This document shows, in pieces, positions 17,102 through 24,941 of a stretch of 38,544 nt of DNA (position 1 is its first letter; each line of letters opens with the position of its first letter). The position numbers and the translations under genes are program-made. The stretch comes from Actinomycetota bacterium (lineage in GTDB: Bacteria; Actinomycetota; Aquicultoria; Subteraquimicrobiales; Subteraquimicrobiaceae). The DNA lies in NCBI GenBank assembly GCA_040755895.1, contig JBFMAG010000134.1:1-38544 (forward strand), read 5' to 3'. Below the pieces are notes generated by a model. The model did no database searches and had not been told where the DNA came from. It saw only the letters and a list, made by a program, of their open reading frames with translations.

Positions 17102-17803
17102 TCACCTCAATATACTTTTCTTTCTTGATTTATAAAAACCTAATACCCCCAGAAATATTACAAATACCACACCGGCTAGGGATGCTTTAATTGATGGGAT
17201 GGTCAAAGGGCTCATCTTAAACTTTTGTAAAGTTGGAATATTGGGCATGATTATAGCCGAAGCTAAAAAGTAAAAACCAACAAAAAGCATTAGGTTTCCT
17301 AAAAGAACAGGGTAGGGTTTCCTGGTCAATTTCACAATTCCTTCAGATAAAAGGTAAGTAGTAAGGATGGTTACTCCCAGGACAAGAGCGGTATACTTGC
17401 CTAAGATTGCTGAGGACACGCCAATAACCGGAGAGGCGAGACCAATTGTCAACAGAACCGAAGCATAACAACAGGGACAAGGAGCAGCAAGAGCCAGACA
17501 GCAAGTAGCTGCTTTATTTTTCCCGTGAACCTTCCACTCCCTGAGCGTATGGAGCCCGGCCCCAAATATAATTAGAGACATAATCATGAAGATAAGGTAA
17601 TTGTAGGTAGAAGCTAATTTATGAAGGAGATTTAAGTGCTTTGAGACCACAATTACCAGCCCCAACAAGGCTAGAGAATATATACACGTAATAAGAATAG
17701 CTATTCTCCTGGAAAGTCCGCTAAACCCCAGAGCAAGTCCTATTTTTATTCCAAAGATTATGGTGGCAGAGAGGATGCCTATCCTCCAAAGCATTGAAAT
17801 CAT
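17102..17803 (-). CDS. Polytopic membrane protein with intramembrane CC-x6-PCPCC motif (DUF2162-like predicted transporter)
   Basis: 233-aa ORF with about 6-7 hydrophobic helices. The motif is AATCCLALAAPCPCCYASV (17468-17503). A GAGGAGG SD is present. The DUF2162 assignment is from memory. Confidence 0.55.
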   Translation of the reverse strand: MISMLWRIGILSATIIFGIKIGLALGFSGLSRRIAILITCIYSLALLGLVIVVSKHLNLLHKLASTYNYLIFMIMSLIIFGAGLHTLREWKVHGKNKAATCCLALAAPCPCCYASVLLTIGLASPVIGVSSAILGKYTALVLGVTILTTYLLSEGIVKLTRKPYPVLLGNLMLFVGFYFLASAIIMPNIPTLQKFKMSPLTIPSIKASLAGVVFVIFLGVLGFYKSRKKSILR

Positions 17804-17812
17804 TGAGCTAGT

Positions 17813-20800
17813 CTACCTCCTCATAATCTTGGTCAAAAATGCCAGGATGCTTTCCTTAAAGTAACCCACGGACCCCAAGGCAACGAAGAGAAGAACACCA
17901 AAGATAGCAGCAAGGGGTATCCATCCCCTGCCAGCAGCGGGAGTTCCTACCCCAGCTTTCTTGACTTCATACGCTCTTTTTCTACCAGCGCTCGCTTCTG
18001 GTGAAGGCGTTTGGGCTTCACCTGGCGAGGGTGCTTCGGCTCGGGCAGGAGTTTCTCCTGCCAAAACAGATAGTGGGGCTTGAGCTGCATAAGTCCCGGG
18101 GGCTCTACCCGGTCTTGTCCCCGGCGAAGCTGATGGTTGCGCGGGCGTTTCGGAAGAAGTCTCCGCAACCAAAGGTTGCTCTACAATTCCCGGCGTTGAT
18201 GTTTCTGGAAGAGCTCCCGTGACGGGCAGTTGCTCTGGCTTTGGAAGTAAAGCCTCTAGCTGTTCCGGGGTGAGTATAGACTGTCCAGTAGCGGTCAAAA
18301 TAGCTTGGTGTAAAGTTAAAAGAAGATTTGAGTTAACAAAACTCGTTGCCCACTTCATCATAGCGATATTTCCACAACTACAGTCGCAGCAGCTTGGCCC
18401 GTGCTGAGCAATGAGACTCGCCCAGGTGTTAGCAATTTCTCTAAGAGTCGCTTCATCAGCTTGCCAGAATTCCTTTTGAGCAGCAGTGAGCAAAGTACCT
18501 GTGATACTGATCATGGCATAGGCATTGTTTCCTTGGGAGAGCCACTCGCTCACCCCGAGGTTGTATTTGTCTCTCACATAAACATCCGTTACCTCATTCC
18601 ACATCCAGTCTTGCACTAAGTTTGGATTTGTAACTTGCCACCCCCACAAATAAGCTACAAACTTATTGGATATGGTCCTGGCACCACTATAACCTTCACT
18701 CATCATTCCTTGAATCCACTCGGGATTGTAGTACCTTGTTCTCATCTCCCTAGTCATGAACTGCAACAATGAAGTAATTTCGGGATTCGCCGGATTGGCG
18801 TAGTAGAGGACATTCAGACTTGGCGCCGTTCCATTGACCATCTCGATAGCCATGGACAGTCCGCCGTAGTAATCATAATAGTCATCGTTGTCTAGTACGC
18901 CATAGAGATTAGTGCTCCTACTATGATAGGCAATGGTTACTCCCTGAAGTAAATCTTCAAATAAGTCTAGGTTAGTACTACCCCAACCGCGCTCGGTATA
19001 GGAATGGCTCATTCGGGTGAGATACACATCTGCCACTTGTTCTCGATTCTCCCAGGTCCACGATTGCTCTACCGCTTTGTGTACCCCAGCGCCGTAATCA
19101 CCCACGGGGGGAGCAAATATCCGTGTTATGGCCAGTTCTCCTGCATCGTTTGCTAAGATGCCTAGACCAATGAACTCATCGGCAAGTTCAATCCAGTGCT
19201 TGGCAATATAATTTTGCTCGATTGGGTCGGCTCCTTTGAAACCTGTGTATTTTGCATCTACTAAGGTTTTGAGTGTGTAGTCAAGACTATCTCTAAGATC
19301 CGGACGTGCTGCTACTATTGTGTTATAAGAAGCAGCCAGTGCAGCTCTGAAGGAACGATCCATGTTAATTAGAACCCTGGGAAATAGATCTCTGAATAGA
19401 CCACTTGTTGTGACCACCACGTCTATTCTTGGTCGCTCCGTTAGAGAAGAAAGCCCTTTAGAAGCTCTCATAGCATTAAGGTCAGATAAGAGCGTGCTCA
19501 GAGGAGTGGCTTTCATCTTATTTATCGCTCCAGCCGCAGTCCATGTTGGTTCTATACCCAATATCCTAAGGACAAAAGAGACCATAGTCCCGTCGTCCCT
19601 CGCTGTTTCAACACACCACACAACAGCCGCTATCTTCTCCGGTAGGCTCTCAAGTTGAGATAAAGCCATATCCGCGAGTTTCTTTCCAAGATTCCAGGCT
19701 ACTTTCGTTGGTAGAAGATTTTCTGAGATTCCATAAAAGTTTTTCCCTGTGGGTATTGCTCCCGGATTTCTTATTGGGTCGTTTCCAGTAGACGGAGTTA
19801 TATAACCGCCATTTAAGGCGTCGACAAGGGAGTTTAACTCTGAACTGAAGCTTGCTATTATTTTATCCGCGTAACCCTTTGCTTCATTTAGCTCCATTTG
19901 AAGTCGCGGATTAGAGGTTAAATCAGCTACAGTTTTTTGACCAGTTAATAACTGCAATACCCAATTTTGTGCCTGATTGTTCAACTTTTCTGCCTGGTCT
20001 AGGGTTAAATTATCAAAGTCCCAACCATTCTCCTGAGCTAAAAGCCTTTGCAAAGAAGGATTAGCAACTCCACCATCCGCCGAAACCATTGAAGTTGCCA
20101 GTAAGGCTATTTCTTCATCGGTCCATGATTTACCGAAGATATGCAAACCGTAAGGCATGAGGATCTGTTGTAGATTCATAAGGTATTCATGGAGTTTGTC
20201 TATGTCTTCATCTGTAATATTATTTGGATCTTCTATGCCCAAATCAGTACAGAGATTGAGCTCCCTTATCTTTTCTTTTATCTTGGTCTTATACTCTTCT
20301 TTCATGGGATTATCTGAAGGTGTTTTCTCGTAGTCATCGACGAGTCCTTTAAGCTCCACAAAACCTCCATAAAGGGTGGTTGTCTTAAGCGGCGGGGTTA
20401 GGTGATCTACTATAACCGCAAGACCTCTTCTCTTAGCTTGCAGCCCCTCCCCAACACCATCTACGATGTAGATGTACACTGAGGGGGTATCAGCTATCAT
20501 TATGTCCGAATAGTCAAAATCAGCCAGTGCGACTTGTTTTCTGGGAAGCCATTCGTAAGTAGCGTGCCTTCCCACATGTACTTGAGCATTAGCATCGAAC
20601 ACTTCATTTACCCAAGCATACCAAGCTAAATACTGATGAGGTGGTGGAACCACCGTACTGTGGTAGAACTTACTGGCATCTGCTTCCCATCCTCGCTGTG
20701 GCTCTGGACCTATGAAAATATTTCCGAAAAACATTCCAGGAATTACAATGTATTCTTTTCCATCTTTCTTAACTACCATCACATTTCCTGGGGGTTCTCC

Positions 20801-23116
20801 CCAGCCAGTAAGTCCTGGAATTGCCAGTGCTAAGAATGCGTTCTTTGCCTCGTAGAATGCATCCCAAGCATCTCCACCATCCATAATCCGTTTTAAGGTA
20901 GTGCTCATTTTATTTATCTGCTCAATGGCTTGCTGAGATTTTTCTGGATAAGTGTTGGCAAGATTTATCATCTCCTCGGTCCATTTTTCTATAGTCTTTA
21001 TGGCTGCAGCCTTTGCAGTTTCATCCGTTGTGCCATAAGTTGCCCCAAGTTTTACAATCTCCTCAATATATCCTACTGGTCCTTCCACAAGCTGCTTTTT
21101 TGCTATTGGGTCCAGATTTTCAAACCAGGCTATATACTCATCTGCATCCCAGAGAATCACATTGGGATTGTTTGCAAGTTCTTTAAGAATCCCTGGTGCC
21201 CAGTTGGCAATGTTGATTCCTCGTTCAATCATCATACTTACAAGTTCATCCACATTTTGCGGAATATTGCTTACGGTGTATCCCTCTTGCTTAAGCCTAT
21301 TAAGTATTTCTAGTATCGTGTCTGGAACCGCTAGATAGCTTGCCCCAATATTTTGTTTTCCCGGTGGGTAGTTGTAGTATACCAAGGCAATATTTTTATC
21401 TGCATTATCCATAATTCTTAATTGCACCCAGTTGTAGACCCTGTTTGCTAATCTCTCTATCCTCTCTGGAATTGCTTTGTAACGGACCAATTCAGCACCG
21501 GTTATCGGATCAATCCCTTTCTCCGTTGCACCCACAAATATAGGTTCCACTATTCCTTGAGTCTCGGGTATGGCAATTTGATAGTAAGTGTCGCTCCAGA
21601 GAAGTCCATCATCGGATGCTAACCATTCACCCTCGGTTCTTTTGGTTGAGGTCATTGCCCTGAAAACCGGCACGTTAATATTGGCTAAAAACTGATTTGT
21701 TTGGTCTACAAAGCCAGAGCCAAGTGAAAAGCAATAGAAGCTGATTAAAGCATCTATTCTGGATTTGTATTTGCCGGGGTTTCTCTCATACTCAGTAGTG
21801 GTAACTACGTGCCTAGGATTCTCAGGATCATAAGTGAAGAACTTCACCATCGCTGAATAGATATTTTGAGGTTGCGTTCCAATTGTCCCTGAATAAGCTC
21901 CAACTATGGGTATTACATTTACTCCTTTCTCTACAAGCTTGTCTATCATGGCTTGGAAGTGATCCATGTTGCCAGCGCGCATGGGAGAGGTCATCTCTAC
22001 AATGCCAACCGTGGGTTTTGAAGGATCAAGAGGATACTGAGCTAAATACTCATCCAAACTGGTAAAAATTTTTCCATCTCTGTAAAGCATTTCATTTGGC
22101 AGAGTTAAGGGTGGTGCTGGATCCCATACGGAGGGCCATATACCTCCATTAAGTTCGGTGTACTTTTTCAAAGCCCATTTAAATTGATTTTCATAGTTTA
22201 CTGTTCCACTTTGGGCAAAATATAACCCGACATCTATCCAATTACTGATCTGGGGATATTTTGTTTTATAGCCGTTTAGCCGCTCCGTGTTTGCATTTTT
22301 AAGATCATACAGAATTGTATTTTTCTTGCTCGTGTCACCAATCACGCTATCTGGAACTCCCTCAAAGAGGAGCCTTCCATCTATTTGGCATAACTTAGTC
22401 AATTCAAGGTAACTTTGTAGTACAAGGAATATTTTATTGGGCTTGTTTTTAGTAATATCTGGATTAGCATTTATGACGTTTTTGAAATTACTCAAGCCTG
22501 GCTCAAACATCCATTCGCAGATAACAATATCTGTATTTTTAATTAGACTTTTAAGCTCATCGGGACTTGTTTGACCAATTTGGGTGGTCGTGCGTATATC
22601 GAAATGTACCAACCAGGTTGACGGATCATCTGCTTTATAACCGAGTTGCGTTGGGTTTATGAGTCTCATGATGTTTTGTGCTGCATCATTAGTCATTTTT
22701 GTACTCGTGGAGGAGTGGATAATGAGAACTCTGGGGTCGACCAAATTGGTTTCAGGTTCATCTTCAGAAGATCCTTCAAGAGGAATGCTGCTTGCATCTT
22801 TGTTCTCTGTCATAAGCTCTTCGCCAGTTTCCGGTCCCTCAGGCCGCCGAGATTTTTCAGTATCATACTCGCTATCTTTAACCAAGTTTTTCTCATGCTT
22901 TGGATCGCCGCAAGAGGAGGAGTTTTGTGAGTGTCCTTCGCTTGCCTCGAGATCAGTAGGATTCGAGTTTTTATCAACTGCCTTGCTATTTGCGGATGCA
23001 GTAGCGGAACTTGCGTCTGTAGCTGATTCGCTCTCACTCACCAAATCCGAACTTGAGGGCAAATCTTGTGATTTGCAGTTTTGTATCTCCCCAGCAGTTT
23101 TATCTTCCTCACTCAT
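17813..23116 (-). CDS. Giant CobN-family protein with disordered N-terminal and membrane-anchored C-terminal extensions (HmuS-like)
   Basis: 1767-aa ORF. Blocks align with the CobN at 8546-12319: HQYLAWYAWV, VHVGRHATYEWLPRKQ, NDPIRNPGAIPTGKN and RPRIDVVVTTSGLFRD. The N-terminal ~130 aa are Ser/Asp/Glu-rich. The C-terminus has SCCDCSCGN, a Pro/Ala/Glu-rich linker and one TM helix (WIPLAAIFGVLLFVALGSVGYF). There is no SD before the ATG at 23116, which directly follows an in-frame TAG. Confidence 0.9.
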   Translation of the reverse strand: MSEEDKTAGEIQNCKSQDLPSSSDLVSESESATDASSATASANSKAVDKNSNPTDLEASEGHSQNSSSCGDPKHEKNLVKDSEYDTEKSRRPEGPETGEELMTENKDASSIPLEGSSEDEPETNLVDPRVLIIHSSTSTKMTNDAAQNIMRLINPTQLGYKADDPSTWLVHFDIRTTTQIGQTSPDELKSLIKNTDIVICEWMFEPGLSNFKNVINANPDITKNKPNKIFLVLQSYLELTKLCQIDGRLLFEGVPDSVIGDTSKKNTILYDLKNANTERLNGYKTKYPQISNWIDVGLYFAQSGTVNYENQFKWALKKYTELNGGIWPSVWDPAPPLTLPNEMLYRDGKIFTSLDEYLAQYPLDPSKPTVGIVEMTSPMRAGNMDHFQAMIDKLVEKGVNVIPIVGAYSGTIGTQPQNIYSAMVKFFTYDPENPRHVVTTTEYERNPGKYKSRIDALISFYCFSLGSGFVDQTNQFLANINVPVFRAMTSTKRTEGEWLASDDGLLWSDTYYQIAIPETQGIVEPIFVGATEKGIDPITGAELVRYKAIPERIERLANRVYNWVQLRIMDNADKNIALVYYNYPPGKQNIGASYLAVPDTILEILNRLKQEGYTVSNIPQNVDELVSMMIERGINIANWAPGILKELANNPNVILWDADEYIAWFENLDPIAKKQLVEGPVGYIEEIVKLGATYGTTDETAKAAAIKTIEKWTEEMINLANTYPEKSQQAIEQINKMSTTLKRIMDGGDAWDAFYEAKNAFLALAIPGLTGWGEPPGNVMVVKKDGKEYIVIPGMFFGNIFIGPEPQRGWEADASKFYHSTVVPPPHQYLAWYAWVNEVFDANAQVHVGRHATYEWLPRKQVALADFDYSDIMIADTPSVYIYIVDGVGEGLQAKRRGLAVIVDHLTPPLKTTTLYGGFVELKGLVDDYEKTPSDNPMKEEYKTKIKEKIRELNLCTDLGIEDPNNITDEDIDKLHEYLMNLQQILMPYGLHIFGKSWTDEEIALLATSMVSADGGVANPSLQRLLAQENGWDFDNLTLDQAEKLNNQAQNWVLQLLTGQKTVADLTSNPRLQMELNEAKGYADKIIASFSSELNSLVDALNGGYITPSTGNDPIRNPGAIPTGKNFYGISENLLPTKVAWNLGKKLADMALSQLESLPEKIAAVVWCVETARDDGTMVSFVLRILGIEPTWTAAGAINKMKATPLSTLLSDLNAMRASKGLSSLTERPRIDVVVTTSGLFRDLFPRVLINMDRSFRAALAASYNTIVAARPDLRDSLDYTLKTLVDAKYTGFKGADPIEQNYIAKHWIELADEFIGLGILANDAGELAITRIFAPPVGDYGAGVHKAVEQSWTWENREQVADVYLTRMSHSYTERGWGSTNLDLFEDLLQGVTIAYHSRSTNLYGVLDNDDYYDYYGGLSMAIEMVNGTAPSLNVLYYANPANPEITSLLQFMTREMRTRYYNPEWIQGMMSEGYSGARTISNKFVAYLWGWQVTNPNLVQDWMWNEVTDVYVRDKYNLGVSEWLSQGNNAYAMISITGTLLTAAQKEFWQADEATLREIANTWASLIAQHGPSCCDCSCGNIAMMKWATSFVNSNLLLTLHQAILTATGQSILTPEQLEALLPKPEQLPVTGALPETSTPGIVEQPLVAETSSETPAQPSASPGTRPGRAPGTYAAQAPLSVLAGETPARAEAPSPGEAQTPSPEASAGRKRAYEVKKAGVGTPAAGRGWIPLAAIFGVLLFVALGSVGYFKESILAFLTKIMRR

Positions 23117-23395
23117 CTATGCCTGATTAGATTCACTTGAAGATATACTCATTTCAGGAGTTGCTTCACCCGAGATAGTTTGATCTTGTGTCACCTGCTC
23201 GCCATTGCCTATCTGTCCGCCATTGGGCTCCCGTACGGGTGACAGACCCGCCATTGGGCTCCCGTACGGGTGACAGACGGCGGCTTCAGGCGCTGGCAGG
23301 CGGGCCTCTTCAGCTAACGCCTGACCGCAGAAAAGCAATCCCACCAAAAGAACTGCTGTTAGAAGAGAAAGTACCAATATTTTGTGCTTATTCAT
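23117..23395 (-). CDS. Small secreted protein, or the detached signal-peptide exon of the giant CobN-family ORF
   Basis: 92 aa from the ATG at 23395 (SD AGAGGATGGGG). It has a Sec signal (MNKHKILVLSLLTAVLLVGLLFCGQALA/EE). The Ser/Glu/Gln-rich tail ends at a TAG that abuts, in frame, the ATG of the 1767-aa ORF. Confidence 0.6.
   Translation of the reverse strand: MNKHKILVLSLLTAVLLVGLLFCGQALAEEARLPAPEAAVCHPYGSPMAGLSPVREPNGGQIGNGEQVTQDQTISGEATPEMSISSSESNQA
23217..23278. repeat. Perfect 31-bp tandem duplication inside the signal-peptide ORF
   Basis: CCGCCATTGGGCTCCCGTACGGGTGACAGAC occurs at 23217-23247 and again at 23248-23278. The two copies are translated in different frames (VCHPYGSPMAG, then LSPVREPNGG). 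Confidence 0.95.
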
Positions 23396-23423
23396 AATCA
23401 CCCCATCCTCTCTTAACGTAATT

Positions 23424-23581
23424 TGGTCAAAATAATTTTGTTTAGAAAATTTCTCAAACTTTCCGCTATGCTGGGGCAGGCAGAAGCCCCTTAAATCCCT
23501 GCCTGCCCGTAGCACCGCGGATCCAGAGGATATGAGGTGTCTGCCCTGCACCCCACGGACTGGCAAGACAAATAAAAACCA
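23424..23581 (-). promoter_or_regulatory. Copy 2 of the duplicated promoter/leader module (upstream of the CobN-giant/ExbB-like operon)
   Basis: It matches 15554-15713. On the minus strand it has TTGAGA (23457-23452), a 17-nt spacer and TATTTT (23434-23429). The GC dyad is GGGCAGGCAG (23474-23483) and CTGCCTGCCC (23499-23508). Confidence 0.5.
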
Positions 23582-23623
23582 CGAAAGCTCCGACCTTCGA
23601 GTCAGATCTAAAACCTTCGTGGT
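23572..23623 (-). terminator. Rho-independent terminator-like hairpin ending the YedF-YedE...His-rich operon
   Basis: Minus strand: ACCACGAA...TTCGTGGT stem followed by TTTTTATTT. Confidence 0.5.
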
Positions 23624-23851
23624 TCTAATTAGAGATATCTACCATTTAATTTATTTCAAACCGCAAAAACAAAAAACCACAAAAGTTATCTAGCTTCAGC
23701 TAGAACCCCCCCTCGTGATCTTTCTCTTTGTTATAAATTCGACATTATTTCGAAATATCCTTTTAAATCCCAAAAATTTTTTGCATATCCCTCCAATATC
23801 TGGGCTGTTTAAAATTTAAAACGTCCAGCATTCCTTTTACATACTCTTCAC

Positions 23852-24019
23852 TCAGTGTTCGTGCTCCTGAGGCTCTTTCTCATGCCTGGATAAATCCTCG
23901 TGCTTATGCTCATGGTTGTGGGTCACCTCTGGATGGGTGTGTTCATGGCTATGACCCATCCCCTCATGCTTGTGCTCGTGAAAATGAGTTACCTCCGTCT
24001 CGAAAATCCCCTCTCTCAT
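23852..24019 (-). CDS. His-rich 55-aa peptide (putative metal-binding)
   Basis: From the ATG at 24019: MREGIFETEVTHFHEHKHEGMGHSHEHTHPEVTHNHEHKHEDLSRHEKEPQEHEH, with 15 His in 55 aa. The longer track ORF (to 24196) overlaps the upstream gene and is not favoured. Confidence 0.55.
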   Translation of the reverse strand: MREGIFETEVTHFHEHKHEGMGHSHEHTHPEVTHNHEHKHEDLSRHEKEPQEHEH

Positions 24020-24059
24020 CCCTGCAAAATATCTCCGATACCCAAATAATGATATCCTT

Positions 24060-24941
24060 TTATATAAGGCAGATACCGGTCCACTTACAGAGATATTCCT
24101 TAAAAACTGCGGGGAATTGGGAAATGACTTCCCAAATTTTAGAGGCGGGTGTAACATTCGCAAATTTACCCGCCATGCGATTTGTTTTAGCTGCAATTAT
24201 TGCTGCTTCATGGGATTCAAGTTCTGCATGAACAAAGGCAGAGATCAAACCGGTGATCGTATCACCAGTGCCACCGATTGCCTCCATAGAAGGAATGTTG
24301 GGTTCATCAATGGTTGCCAAGATTTCCCCATGGTTTGCTATATAATCCTTTGGCCCTTTAACCAGCAGAGTTTTTGGCAAGTCGCCTCGATCAAAGGCGG
24401 CTTTAATTAACCCAGGAGCCTTGGCTATATCCGTTTCAAAAAGGTGATGTCTAATATATGCTGGATGCGTAGCATCCGGATCTGCTAAAAATGCCATCTC
24501 CCCGGCATCTGGAGTAAATACATCGAATCTGGACGATAAACCAGCGGCTTTAGCCGCATACATCGCACCTGCATCGGCGATGAGGATGGGTCTTTTAGCA
24601 CACTTCTTCACAGAGACCATGACCTTCTCAATCAAAGGTATAATGGGCAAGAAATAATGCAGCGCTAGAACTCTCGGGGCAATTTTAGGAATATCGTCGA
24701 TGAGATGCCTGAAGAGCATTTTACTTCCCCGACCGTCACCAATATCACCGGCTAGGATAACATAAGGAGCATCGATTCCTAAATAATCAGTGGTTATGGC
24801 TGCGGCGCTGACCATCGATGCTGTACCTTGAGTACAGGGAATTTCATGACCATCCACCAATAAATGGTCACCTTTGAGTTCTGCTTCCCCTTCAATAAAA
24901 AAATTCTCCTTAATGGGAACGGTTCCAGCGATTAGTAACAT
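24060..24941 (-). CDS. Ribokinase-superfamily protein, YjeF_C / NAD(P)HX-dehydratase-like
   Basis: 293-aa ORF. The C-terminal segment LLVKGPKDYI...MEAIGGTGDTITGLISAF resembles the GGxGDxLxG anion-hole motif of YjeF_C-type carbohydrate kinases. There is a 10-nt overlap with the upstream gene. Confidence 0.55.
   Translation of the reverse strand: MLLIAGTVPIKENFFIEGEAELKGDHLLVDGHEIPCTQGTASMVSAAAITTDYLGIDAPYVILAGDIGDGRGSKMLFRHLIDDIPKIAPRVLALHYFLPIIPLIEKVMVSVKKCAKRPILIADAGAMYAAKAAGLSSRFDVFTPDAGEMAFLADPDATHPAYIRHHLFETDIAKAPGLIKAAFDRGDLPKTLLVKGPKDYIANHGEILATIDEPNIPSMEAIGGTGDTITGLISAFVHAELESHEAAIIAAKTNRMAGKFANVTPASKIWEVISQFPAVFKEYLCKWTGICLI

Noticed and set aside
17801-17815. Genome-wide reassignment of TAG to a sense codon. 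The giant CobN ORF, its TAG stop and the next gene's ATG are also in one frame (TAG ACT AGC TCA ATG).
   Set aside because: TAG ends at least eight otherwise well-delimited ORFs here (stops at 1449, 17813, 23117, 26723, 27219, 32473 and 34823, among others). Their lengths fit their families, and no long ORF is broken by TAG. The DUF2162-like gene has its own GAGGAGG SD. A same-frame arrangement has a 1-in-3 chance expectation.
18215-18229. LPVTG in the CobN giant as a sortase cell-wall sorting signal. A sortase gene lies at the window edge.
   Set aside because: The motif lies about 95 aa upstream of the TM helix (about 134 aa from the C-terminus), inside a Pro-rich low-complexity stalk. Canonical sorting signals place LPxTG immediately before the hydrophobic segment and basic tail.
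23852-24196. The full 114-aa version of the His-rich ORF.
   Set aside because: Its first 59 codons overlap the 3' end of the ribokinase-like gene in another frame. The internal ATG at 24019 starts exactly where the His-rich sequence begins.
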